From an uncultured delta proteobacterium (GTDB lineage: Bacteria > Myxococcota > Kuafuiibacteriia > Kuafuiibacteriales > Kuafuiibacteriaceae), in assembly GCA_963803435.1 (NCBI GenBank), contig CAWDML010000009.1, forward strand, positions 32,001 through 96,000: 64,000 nt of DNA. The letters run 5' to 3'. Below are positions 1 through 10,568 of this stretch, piece after piece. Position numbers and translations under genes: made by a program. The stretch's first letter is position 1. Each line of letters starts with the position of its first letter. The notes below the pieces were generated by a model that was given only the letters and a program-made list of their open reading frames with translations, ran no database searches and was not told the DNA's origin.

Positions 1-114
1 ATCGACGACGTCCAAGACGAAGTACGCGAGATGATTTTCTGGGAGCCACTCGAGAGGGGACGGCGGGAGCAAGAACGATTGTCTCGGAGTCCAAGAACGG
101 TATTGCTTCGCCAC
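1..114 (-). CDS. IS1182-family transposase, N-terminal part (runs off the window; not in the ORF track)
   Basis: Manual translation from GTG at 114 gives MAKQYRSWTPRQSFLLPPSPLEWLPENHLAYFVLDVVD, the typical DUF772/IS1182 N-terminus (Q..LLPPS..EWLP..H.A.F). Confidence 0.88.
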   Translation of the reverse strand, partial: MAKQYRSWTPRQSFLLPPSPLEWLPENHLAYFVLDVVD

Positions 115-219
115 GAAACCATGGGATCAAGTCCAGGCGTCGAAGTCGATCCGCCCAACGATCGATTCCAGACGAAACGACCTCCAAGAACTTCTGCTGG
201 TCAAAGTGGACGAGCTACC

Positions 220-233
220 GCAAGCTAGCTTGC
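220..233. promoter_or_regulatory. Perfect 14-bp palindrome GCAAGCTAGCTTGC abutting the passenger ATG
   Basis: Seen directly and also present in copy B at 5738-5751. Lies between the divergent transposase and passenger genes. Function is inferred. Confidence 0.45.
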
Positions 234-602
234 ATGGTCACTTTCGATCACGAGAAGCTCGAGGTCTACCAGCTCGCCGTCGAGTATGCCGACATCGCTG
301 AAGAGATCGCACAAGAACTGTAACCCGGTCACGCTCACGTCCGCGATCAGCTTCGGCGGGCATCCGATTCCATCGTGAACAACACCGCCGAGGGCGCCGG
401 AGAGTTCAATCCACCTGAGAAGGCTCGCTTCTACCGGATGGCACTTCGCTCTGGCACCGAAAGCGCCGCCTCACTCCACACCTGCTTGAGGCGCCGACTC
501 GCCAACGAGCAGAAGGTCCAAGCCGCCACAGCCAAGCTCAAGCGCGTTGTCGAGAGGCTCACGCGCCTCATCAAGTCGATGAACGCACGCCGGGCTGCAT
601 GA
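234..602 (+). pseudogene. Four-helix-bundle protein (23S rRNA IVP / Avd-like family), interrupted by in-frame TAA at 321-323
   Basis: MVTFDHEKLEVYQLAVEY...DQLRRASDSIVNNTAEGAG...EKARFYRMALRSGTESAASL matches the family motifs. Copy B has CAA at the equivalent codon. Confidence 0.85.
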
Positions 603-607
603 TCGCC

Positions 608-670
608 ATCGGGACCGGACCGGACCGGGACCCGGACCGGGCTCGCGGTAGCGCTACGCGCTACACGCTC
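608..670. repeat. Terminal repeat of element copy A, with GG(G)ACC hexamer-like array
   Basis: ATCGGGACCGGACCGGACCGGGACCCGGACCGGGCTCGCGGTAGCGCTACGCGCTACACGCTC, followed by CTAG. Confidence 0.85.
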
Positions 671-985
671 CTAGGTCCGACGTCGCTTCTCCGACTCGTG
701 GATCGTCTGGAGGAGTCCCGTCGCCCGGAGGTAGAGCCCCTTGAAGCGGACCTCCTTTTTGTCGACCTTGGCCGACTCGTGGAGCGGGAACAGCTCGGCT
801 CGCTCGCAACGGCGGGCGAAGTCCTCGTAGTCCTGGACGTTCTCGCGGACGTGGGCCAAGAGCAGCTCGGCCACCCGCTGCCCCTCGGTGGACAGGGAAG
901 GGTCGTACCTCGCCGCCAGGCGCGCGTTGATTTGGTTCGCCCGAACGAAGGCTTGGGCGATCGGATCGGCCTCTAGGTCACCCAT
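671..985 (-). CDS. Hypothetical protein (104 aa)
   Basis: ORF with normal helical-protein composition just downstream of tRNA-Val. Its TAG stop is the CTAG insertion site. Confidence 0.6.
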   Translation of the reverse strand: MGDLEADPIAQAFVRANQINARLAARYDPSLSTEGQRVAELLLAHVRENVQDYEDFARRCERAELFPLHESAKVDKKEVRFKGLYLRATGLLQTIHESEKRRRT

Positions 986-991
986 ATCGTA

Positions 992-1064
992 TAGGCGGGA
1001 CAGGACTCGAACCTGCGGCCATCGCCGTGTAAAGGCGACGCTCTACCCACTGAGCTACCCGCCT
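992..1064 (-). tRNA. tRNA-Val (anticodon UAC), CCA not encoded
   Basis: AGGCGGG/CCCGCCT acceptor stem, TAGCTCAGTGGGTAGAGC D-arm, TCGCC-TTTACAC-GGCGA anticodon arm, GGTTCGAGTCC T-arm. Confidence 0.96.
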
Positions 1065-1196
1065 GCTGGCCGGTGTCCTACCACGGCGCCGACGCCCAGC
1101 GCCATGCCTCCGACGATCGACCGACAGTCGGTCGGCGGAGAGTTAGGTACGAAGCCAATGGGGCAGGGTGTTGCCCGACCCGACTTGGAGCTCTCG

Positions 1197-2345
1197 ATGT
1201 ACGAAGCTGAGGTCCTATCGCCGAGAGATCGTCGAGGTGACCCGGATCGCTTTGGTCCCTACCGGATCGTCGAACGGATCGCCAGCGGCGGGATGGCCGA
1301 GATCTACAAGGTCGTCCACCCGGCGGCCCCTGATCATTTGTACGCGCTGAAGCGGATCCGCTCCGACTACGACGACGACATCGAGTTCAAGCGGATGCTG
1401 ATGGACGAGGCGAAGATTGCGTCCGTCCTCAACCATCCGAACATCGCGCAGGTCCTGGACGTCGTTCAGGACGACGGTCTGTTGGGCCTGATCCTCGAGT
1501 ACGTCGACGGACATGACCTCGGGAAGATGAAGAAGCACCTGAAGGATCGGGAGAGCGGCTTCTCGCTCGAGCTCGCGATCCACATCGTGAAGAAGGTCCT
1601 CGAGGGCCTCGACTACGCGCACAATTCCAAGGACGAGAACGGCGAGTACCTCAACGTCGTCCACCGCGACGTCTCCCCCGGCAACGTGATGATCGATCTG
1701 CGCGGCCAGGTGAAGATCGTCGACTTCGGGATCGCGCGGGCGCAGAACCGGCTGGCCAAGACCGAGGCTGGCAACGTGAAGGGCAAGTTCCGGTACATGT
1801 CGCCGGAGCAGATCAAGGGCGGTGTCACGGGACCGGCCACCGACGTCTACTCGACGGCGATCGTCCTCTGGGAGCTGCTCGCCGGGCGCAGGATCTACGA
1901 CGAGGTCAGCGTCGCCCAGCTCATGATCCGGGTGGCCAACGCGCAGGTGCCGTCGCTCAATGACGCCCGGCGCGGGCTACCGAAGAACCTCCACAAGGTC
2001 TTCAAGAAGGCGACCGTCCTCGACGAGGAGGAGCGCTACGCCTCTGCGCGCGCCTTCGCCGACGCCCTCGACAGCGTCCTCCACGAGTACGACGCCGAGC
2101 GGTGCCGCCGCGAGCTCGAGTCGATCGTCCGCGACGCCACGCAGCGGGAGCAGAAGGGCCGCTTCGAGCAGGCGGTGGCGCGGGCGCGGATCGCCGCGGA
2201 GAACGACCTCGAGAACGCGATCCTCTCCGCGCTGGAGGACCCGGATCGGGTGGAGCGCGTCGAGGGCGAGGCCCGGTCGGCCGAGCCGATCACCGGGCCG
2301 ATGCCGCGGACGCCGAGCCCGGCGTCTCCCGCCGACAGCTTCTGA
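1197..2345 (+). CDS. Hanks-type Ser/Thr protein kinase (cytoplasmic)
   Basis: IASGGMAEIY, ALK, HRDVSPGN, DFG and KGKFRYMSPEQ motifs. Start chosen at MYEAEV. Confidence 0.93.
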   Translation: MYEAEVLSPRDRRGDPDRFGPYRIVERIASGGMAEIYKVVHPAAPDHLYALKRIRSDYDDDIEFKRMLMDEAKIASVLNHPNIAQVLDVVQDDGLLGLILEYVDGHDLGKMKKHLKDRESGFSLELAIHIVKKVLEGLDYAHNSKDENGEYLNVVHRDVSPGNVMIDLRGQVKIVDFGIARAQNRLAKTEAGNVKGKFRYMSPEQIKGGVTGPATDVYSTAIVLWELLAGRRIYDEVSVAQLMIRVANAQVPSLNDARRGLPKNLHKVFKKATVLDEEERYASARAFADALDSVLHEYDAERCRRELESIVRDATQREQKGRFEQAVARARIAAENDLENAILSALEDPDRVERVEGEARSAEPITGPMPRTPSPASPADSF

Positions 2346-2489
2346 CGCTTGGGAGGATATGCCGCTTCACGCCGGACTTGGCGCGATCGGTGGGATTGGG
2401 ATCGATCCCCATTTGGGTGCCTTTGCCATCGCGCTATCAAGCGAGCTCCATGCCCACTGCATGCCGCGCCGCTTGTCGTCGTACCGAAG

Positions 2490-4904
<2,415 letters not shown>

Positions 4905-4941
4905 CGTTACACCGCGCAGGCCATGGTGCAACCGGCCGGTT

Positions 4942-5253
4942 CTATTCGGAGAAGGAGAAATCCACCCGAAGCACTTGCCCCTTGGTGACCTTGACCTCGA
5001 ACTCCTGCTCGTCTCCGCCCTTCGTCAGGCGGATCGTGTGCTTACCGGCCTGGGCCTTGGTGAACTTCAGGTCGCCGGCCGAGCCGAGCTTCTTGCCGTC
5101 GAGGAACACCAGGGCGGCCGGAGGTGAGACGTTCCACTCGATGCCTGTCTTGTTTTCGGCTTTTTTCGCGCTGACTGGATGCGAAGAGGATGCGATCGCC
5201 GGCAGCGCGGCCGTCGAAAACAGCACCACGAGTGCGAAGAGAAATCGGCGCAT
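4942..5253 (-). CDS. Secreted PEGA-domain protein
   Basis: Signal peptide [10 protein letters not shown]...; [16 protein letters not shown]...[10 protein letters not shown]...VKV.KGQ pattern. Confidence 0.75.
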   Translation of the reverse strand: MRRFLFALVVLFSTAALPAIASSSHPVSAKKAENKTGIEWNVSPPAALVFLDGKKLGSAGDLKFTKAQAGKHTIRLTKGGDEQEFEVKVTKGQVLRVDFSFSE

Positions 5254-5299
5254 GGGCGGACCTTGACCCCGTTGCGCCCGATTCGGCAAGCCCGGCTAG

Positions 5300-5364
5300 G
5301 AGCGTGTAGCGCGTAGCGCTACCGCGAGCCCGGTCCGGGTCCCGGTCCCGGTCCCGGTCCCGAT
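5300..5364. repeat. Left terminal inverted repeat of copy B, with (GGTCCC)n array
   Basis: Inverted match to 6498-6563 and to 608-670. Confidence 0.88.
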
Positions 5365-5369
5365 GGCGA

Positions 5370-5737
5370 TCATGCAGCCCGGCGTGCGTTCATCGACTTG
5401 ATGAGGCGCGTGAGCCTCTCGACAACGCGCTTGAGCTTGGCTCTGGCGGCTTGGACCTTCTGCTCGTTGGCGAGTCGGCGCCTCAAGCAGGTGTGGAGTG
5501 AGGCGGCGCTTTCGGTGCCAGAGCGAAGTGCCATCCGGTAGAAGCGAGCCTTCTCAGGTGGATTGAACTCTCCGGCGCCCTCGGCGGTGTTGTTCACGAT
5601 GGAATCGGATGCCCGCCGAAGCTGATCGCGGACGTGAGCGTGACCGGGTTGCAGTTCTTGTGCGATCTCTTCAGCGATGTCGCATACTCGACGGCGAGCT
5701 GGTAGGCCTCGAGCTTCTCGTGATCGAAAGTGACCAT
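5370..5737 (-). pseudogene. Four-helix-bundle protein copy B, 1-bp deletion near 5682
   Basis: 368 bp versus 369 bp in copy A (TATGCGACA versus TATGCCGACA). Otherwise nearly identical. Confidence 0.85.
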
Positions 5738-5753
5738 GCAAGCTAGCTTGCGG

Positions 5754-6477
5754 ACTCCGAGAAGGACCCGCGAGGCGAGCGACCGTACTCGCCTCGAATG
5801 ATGATCGCGCTGCTTCTGTACGCCTACTGCACCGGCATCTATTCGTCGCGGAGGATCGCGCGGGCGACCTACGAAGACATTCCATTCCGGGTGCTGGCTG
5901 GAGAAAGTCATCCCCACTTCACGACGATCAACGAGTTTCGGCTCGTCCACCTGGAGGCACTGAAAGCGCTCTTCCTCGAAGTCCTGAAGCTTTGCCAGAA
6001 AGCAGGTTTGGTGCGGCTCGGACACGTCGCACTCGATGGCTCGAAGGTGCAGGCGACGCGAGCAAGCACAAGGCGATGACCTACGAGCGGATGGCCGAGG
6101 AGGAGAAGCGGCTGTCTCTCGAGATCGAAGAACTGCTGGAGCGAGCGCGCACGATCGACCAAGAGGAAGACGAGCGGCTGGGCGTTGAAGAGACTGAAGA
6201 GGACATCCCAGCGGAGCTCGCTCGCCGTGAATCCCGCCTTGCCCGCATTCGAGAAGCGAAGGCTGCGCTGGAACAGGATGCCGCCAGGGCTCGCGCGGAG
6301 AAATTGCGCAGGCAAGCCGAAGAGCAGCAGAGCAAAGCGGATGATGCTCTTGTGGATCGGGTGGAGCAGAAGCGAGCGAGAACTCGAGCCGAGAAGGCAA
6401 GAGCGCAGGCTGACCAGCTCGAACCATCCCCAGACCCGACTGAACGAAATGATGGATGGCCGCATCATCGCGTCTGA
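5754..6477 (+). pseudogene. IS1182-family transposase remnant (5' deleted, frameshifted near 6055, C-terminal DDE part missing)
   Basis: PYSPRMMIALLLYAYCTGIYSSRRIARATYEDIPFRVLAG...PHFTTINEFR...GHVALDGSKVQA, then ASKHKAMTYERM continues in another frame. Confidence 0.9.
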
Positions 6478-6497
6478 CTCAAGGCAGCCATCTTCAG

Positions 6498-6563
6498 ATC
6501 GGGACCCGGACCGGGACCGGGACCCGGACCGGGGTCGCGTGAGCGCTTACGCGCTACACGCTC
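6498..6563. repeat. Right terminal inverted repeat of copy B, with GGGACC array
   Basis: ATCGGGACCCGGACCGGGACCGGGACCCGGACCGGGGTCGCGTGAGCGCTTACGCGCTACACGCTC, then CTAG. Confidence 0.88.
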
Positions 6564-7910
6564 CTAGTCCTCGGAGATGTCCGGGAGCACCGCCAAAACC
6601 GCAAGACCGGTCTGCTCTTCGAATTCGCCGGCGTCGAGGAACGTCTGACGTAAGGCCTCGCGAAGGGTCGCCAGGACGATGCCCAAGAGCGCGGTGATCG
6701 CCATGCCGAGCGTCGCGAACTTACCCATGTCGGGCGAGCTCGGGATCTCGGGAACGCGGGCGGGATCGACGAGGGTGAAGTTCTCCTGGAAGCTGCCCTC
6801 GTTGACCTTTCGATCGTCGTCGCCCTTGGCGCGGCGCTCCTGGAGCGCGGTGTACTGGGACTGGAGCGAGCCGGCCTCGATCGTGAGGTCCGCCCACTCG
6901 CGCTGGAGCTCCGGATTCTTGATCGCCTTCCGCTGCAGCTGAACCTTCTGCTCGTTGAGACGCACGATCTCGGCCTTGGCGGAGCTGATGCAGTCGGCCT
7001 GGTTGAGCGGTGCCTTGGGCTCGCCGCTGCCAGCCTCGGCCTGCGCGGCATCGCACTTCTTCTGGAGGGTCACGTACTCCTGCTTGGCTGCGATCACCGT
7101 GGGGTGGCTGGCGGTGTACTGCTGGAGGAGGTTGTCCACGTTGCGCTTCGCGGATTGGGCCTCGAGACAGATCGGGACCTGGCGCTTGGGCTTGGCGATC
7201 GGCGGCGCGCCCGCGTAGCAGCGCTTGAGGTTGAGCTCGGCCCGCTTGATGTCGGCCTCGGCGGCGGCCACCGGTGAGTTCTGCGGGATGAAGTCGGGGA
7301 CGCTCACGGCAATCGTCGGGTGCTCGGCCTTGAACTTGAAGAGCTTCTTCTGCGCCTTCCTGAGCTTGGGCTCGAGCTCGAGGATCGCGCTGTCGAGCGC
7401 CTCGGCCTGCCGGCGATACGGCGAGTCGAGGAGGTTGCCGAGCTTGGCCAGGACGCGCTCGGTGGCGAACGCCACCACCCGCTGGCACTCGACCGGATCC
7501 TTCGACAGGTACGACACGCCGATCGATCCCGACTGCTGGTTGACGGCGAGCTCCTGGCGCATGCGGCGGAGCGCCATCTCGTAGGGCAGGCTCATCCGAG
7601 TGCTCCCGAAGAGGTCGAGCTCGTTGATCATCAGCATCATCTCGCCGTCGGCGTTGAGGTCGCGCATCGCGCGGTTGACCAAGGTGCGCACGAAGACCTC
7701 GTCCATCGCGTCGACGCGGATGGCGATGGTGGAGCTCGAGGCGTAGGTCTTCGGGGTGGTCTTGTAGACGAGGACGGTGATCGCGAGGCCGATGAACGCG
7801 ATGGAGGCGAGCAGCAGCTTCTGTCGCATCAGGATGCGGCGGGCCAGGATGAACGGGTCGACCTGGACCCGGATCCCTCCCAGATCAAACTCCTTGCCCT
7901 TTTTGGCCAT
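6564..7910 (-). CDS. Polysaccharide chain-length determinant / co-polymerase (Wzz/Wzc/GumC-like)
   Basis: N- and C-terminal TM helices, coiled coil, QYTASHPTV, LVDPARVPEIPSSP and EEQTGLAVLAVLP motifs. Confidence 0.85.
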   Translation of the reverse strand: MAKKGKEFDLGGIRVQVDPFILARRILMRQKLLLASIAFIGLAITVLVYKTTPKTYASSSTIAIRVDAMDEVFVRTLVNRAMRDLNADGEMMLMINELDLFGSTRMSLPYEMALRRMRQELAVNQQSGSIGVSYLSKDPVECQRVVAFATERVLAKLGNLLDSPYRRQAEALDSAILELEPKLRKAQKKLFKFKAEHPTIAVSVPDFIPQNSPVAAAEADIKRAELNLKRCYAGAPPIAKPKRQVPICLEAQSAKRNVDNLLQQYTASHPTVIAAKQEYVTLQKKCDAAQAEAGSGEPKAPLNQADCISSAKAEIVRLNEQKVQLQRKAIKNPELQREWADLTIEAGSLQSQYTALQERRAKGDDDRKVNEGSFQENFTLVDPARVPEIPSSPDMGKFATLGMAITALLGIVLATLREALRQTFLDAGEFEEQTGLAVLAVLPDISED

Positions 7911-7926
7911 CGCCTGGACACATACC

Positions 7927-8808
7927 ATGGGTATGGGGACCGTAGTCAGTCTCGACGGCGTCCTGGTCGCTCCCGAGGAGGCCCGTATCTCCGTGTTCGA
8001 CCGTGGGTTTCTGTACGGGGACTCGGTGTACGAGGTGGTCCGGGCCTACCGCGGGGTGCCCTTCGAGCTGGCGGCGCACCTGGCCCGGCTGGAGAGCTCG
8101 GCCGCCCGGATCGGCATGGCCCTGACGGTGGCGCTCGACACGATCGCCCAGGAGATCGGGGCGGCCCGGCGCGCGACCGGCCACGACGAGGCCTATCTCC
8201 GGATCATCGTCACGCGCGGGGCGGGCCCGCTCGGGCTCGACCCCAACCTGGCGCTGGATCCGCAGCGCATCATCATCGCCATGCCGGTGCAGGCGCCGCC
8301 CGCCGCCGTCTACGAGCGCGGCGCCAACGTGGTGCTCACCTCCGTCCGCCGCAACCTGCAGGCCGCGATCGACCCGCGCGCCAAGACCGGCAACTATCTC
8401 AACAGCGTGATGGCGGTGGCCGAGGCGAAGCGGCGCGGCGCATTCGAGGCGATCATGCTGGATCACCGTGACTTCGTGACCGAGGGCGCGTCGTCGAACG
8501 TGTTCTCGGTGGTGGGCGGCGCAGTCCTGACCCCGCCGCTCGACGCCGGCATCCTGGAGGGGGTCACGCGGAGCGTGGTGCTGAGGGTGGCCCGCGAGGC
8601 CGGCATCCTGGTCCTGGAGGTGCCGCTCACCGCGCCGATGCTCGAGCAGGCCGACGAGGTGTTCATCACCTCCTCGATCCGGGAGATCGTCCCGATCGTG
8701 AAGGTCGACGACACGCGGATCGGCGACGGCCGGCCCGGCCCGGTCACCGGACGGATCCGCGGGCTGTTCGCCGAGCACGTCGAGCGCTACGTGAACGACC
8801 ACACCTGA
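7927..8808 (+). CDS. Class IV PLP aminotransferase (BCAT / D-amino-acid aminotransferase / PabC family)
   Basis: DRGFLYGDSVYE, HLARL, AKTGNY, TEGASSNVF, ILEGVTR and DEVFITSS motifs. Confidence 0.93.
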   Translation: MGMGTVVSLDGVLVAPEEARISVFDRGFLYGDSVYEVVRAYRGVPFELAAHLARLESSAARIGMALTVALDTIAQEIGAARRATGHDEAYLRIIVTRGAGPLGLDPNLALDPQRIIIAMPVQAPPAAVYERGANVVLTSVRRNLQAAIDPRAKTGNYLNSVMAVAEAKRRGAFEAIMLDHRDFVTEGASSNVFSVVGGAVLTPPLDAGILEGVTRSVVLRVAREAGILVLEVPLTAPMLEQADEVFITSSIREIVPIVKVDDTRIGDGRPGPVTGRIRGLFAEHVERYVNDHT

Positions 8809-9710
8809 CCGACGTCGGTCGCGGGCAGGCGATCCGGATCCCACAGCGCGATCAGCTCGGCCGCCGAGATCGCGGTGCCGGACGGCACCAGGTTCAGGCT
8901 GGCGGCGAGGTCTCCGATCACGGCCTCGGGCGTGCGTCCGGCGGCGCGCTGATCCGCGATCGCGACGGCGCCGTCGCGCTTGGCCAGGCGCTTGCCCTCG
9001 GGGCCGAGGACCAGCGGGACGTGGAGCGTGGACAGAGCCTGCGAGTCGGGCTCGAGGAGGCGGCGCAAGAGAAGTTGACGCGGGGTCGACCATAACAGAT
9101 CGGCGCCGCGCACGATCGAGGTGACGCCCTGCTCGAGGTCGTCGACGGTGACGGCGAGCTGATAGGCCCACATGCCGTCGGCGCGCAGGAGCACGAAGTC
9201 GCCGACCGCCTCGAACACGTTCTGCTCGATCGAGCCGCGCAGGCGATCGACGTGAACGACGGCGTCGGCCGGCTGGGTGCGGAGGCGGATCGCGGGGGTC
9301 CGATCGGGGCGGAGGCCCGTGCCCGCGCGGCAGATGCCGGGGTAGCGCGGGCCGTCGTCGCTGGCTCCGTGGGGCGCCGAGGAGGCCAGGGCGATCTCCC
9401 TCCGGCTGCAGGTGCACGGATAGATGCGGTCCAGGCCCTCGAGCGCCGCCAGCCCCGCGCGATACCGATCGAACCGGTCTGTCTGGTGGACGGGCTCGCC
9501 GTCCCATCCGAGACCGAGCCACTCGAGGTCACGACGGAGGGCATCGGACGCCCCCGGCACGGTGCGCGCCAGGTCGATGTCCTCGATCCGGAGCAGGAGC
9601 CGGCCGCCGGCGCGCCGAGCGTCGAGCCACGCCGCCAGACAGGTGCGCGCCACCCCGAGGTGGATCCGTCCCGTGGGGCTGGGTGCGAAGCGACCGACAT
9701 ACCCGGCCAC
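8787..9710 (-). CDS. gluQ: Glutamyl-Q tRNA(Asp) synthetase
   Basis: GRFAPSPTGRIHLG, LRIEDID, YPCTCSR, YQLAVTVDD, RGADLL, KRLAKRDG; lacks an anticodon-binding domain. Confidence 0.92.
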   Translation of the reverse strand: MAGYVGRFAPSPTGRIHLGVARTCLAAWLDARRAGGRLLLRIEDIDLARTVPGASDALRRDLEWLGLGWDGEPVHQTDRFDRYRAGLAALEGLDRIYPCTCSRREIALASSAPHGASDDGPRYPGICRAGTGLRPDRTPAIRLRTQPADAVVHVDRLRGSIEQNVFEAVGDFVLLRADGMWAYQLAVTVDDLEQGVTSIVRGADLLWSTPRQLLLRRLLEPDSQALSTLHVPLVLGPEGKRLAKRDGAVAIADQRAAGRTPEAVIGDLAASLNLVPSGTAISAAELIALWDPDRLPATDVGQVWSFT

Positions 9711-9755
9711 GACGCCAGCTTGACACGGACTCCGGCCCGTCGTCAGACGCAATCG

Positions 9756-10568
9756 TTGAAGATCCACCACCTCAACTGCGCAACGATGTGCCCGTTCGGC
9801 GGCCGGCTGGTCAGCGGTGATCGGGGCAAGAACGCGCGCCTCGTCTGCCATTGCCTGCTCATCGAGACCGAGGTCGGCCTGGTGCTGGTCGACACCGGGT
9901 TCGGGACGGCCGACTGCATCCACCCGGAGCGCCTCTCGCGCGAGGTGCGGACGTTCGCGCGTCCGCTGCTCTCGATCGCCGAGACCGCGCGCCGCCAGAT
10001 CGAGACGCTCGGCTTCAAGGTGGACGACGTGCGGCACCTGATCCCGACGCACCTGGATCTCGACCACGCCGGCGGCCTACCCGACTTCCCCGATGCGGTC
10101 GTCCACAGCCATCGCGCCGAGAAGGAGGCGGCCCTCGACCCGCGCACCCTGTTCGAGAAGAAGCGATACATGAAGCAGCAGTTCGCGCACGGACCGAAGT
10201 GGAGGACGTACGAGGAGGGCGGAGAGCCGTGGTTCGGCTTCCCGGCGGTGCGCGCCCTCGAGGGGCTGCCCCCGGAGATCCTGCTGGTGCCGCTGTTCGG
10301 GCACACGCGCGGTCACTGCGCCGTCGCGATCGACCGGGGTGATCGCTGGGTGCTCCACTGCGGTGACGCGTACTTCTTCCGCGGTGAGAAGGAGGCCGAG
10401 CCGCGCTGCCCACTGGGGCTCGGGCTCTTCCAGCGCTTGGTCGCCGTCGACGAGAAGCGACGTCAAGAGAACCAAGCCCGGCTCCGCGAGCTCGCGGAGA
10501 AGGAGTCGGCGCGTGTGTTGATGTTCTGCGCACACGATCCGGCGGAGTATCGCGACCTCGCCGGTTGA
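9756..10568 (+). CDS. MBL-fold metallo-hydrolase
   Basis: VDTG, THLDLDHAGG, GHTRGH, GDA and CAHD motifs. Confidence 0.92.
   Translation: MKIHHLNCATMCPFGGRLVSGDRGKNARLVCHCLLIETEVGLVLVDTGFGTADCIHPERLSREVRTFARPLLSIAETARRQIETLGFKVDDVRHLIPTHLDLDHAGGLPDFPDAVVHSHRAEKEAALDPRTLFEKKRYMKQQFAHGPKWRTYEEGGEPWFGFPAVRALEGLPPEILLVPLFGHTRGHCAVAIDRGDRWVLHCGDAYFFRGEKEAEPRCPLGLGLFQRLVAVDEKRRQENQARLRELAEKESARVLMFCAHDPAEYRDLAG

Larger units (their letters stand above)
1..674 (-). mobile_element. IS1182-family element, copy A (partial, continues left of the window), with four-helix-bundle passenger gene
   Basis: Transposase N-terminus at 114->1. Bases 218-674 are a near-identical inverted copy of 5296-5753. Ends in ...GCGCTACACGCTC-CTAG, like both ends of copy B. 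Confidence 0.85.
5296..6567 (+). mobile_element. Internally deleted IS1182-family element, copy B (about 1.26 kb), flanked by CTAG direct repeats
   Basis: CTAG at 5296-5299 and 6564-6567. Imperfect terminal inverted repeats of about 65 bp at 5300-5364 and 6498-6563, both beginning GAGCGTGTAGCGCGTA. Contains a transposase remnant and the passenger gene. Confidence 0.9.

Noticed and set aside
234-602. Diversity-generating retroelement, suggested by the Avd-like fold
   Set aside because: No reverse transcriptase is in the window, and no template/variable repeat pair with adenine-specific differences was seen.
992-1064. tRNA-Val as the attachment site of an integrated island
   Set aside because: No integrase and no duplicated tRNA 3' end in the window; the nearby element is explained by CTAG-targeted transposition.
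2346-2489. Small RNA or sigma54-like site between the convergent kinase and lon genes
   Set aside because: Only a weak GG-N10-GC match on the minus strand and short hairpins, with no downstream gene to drive.
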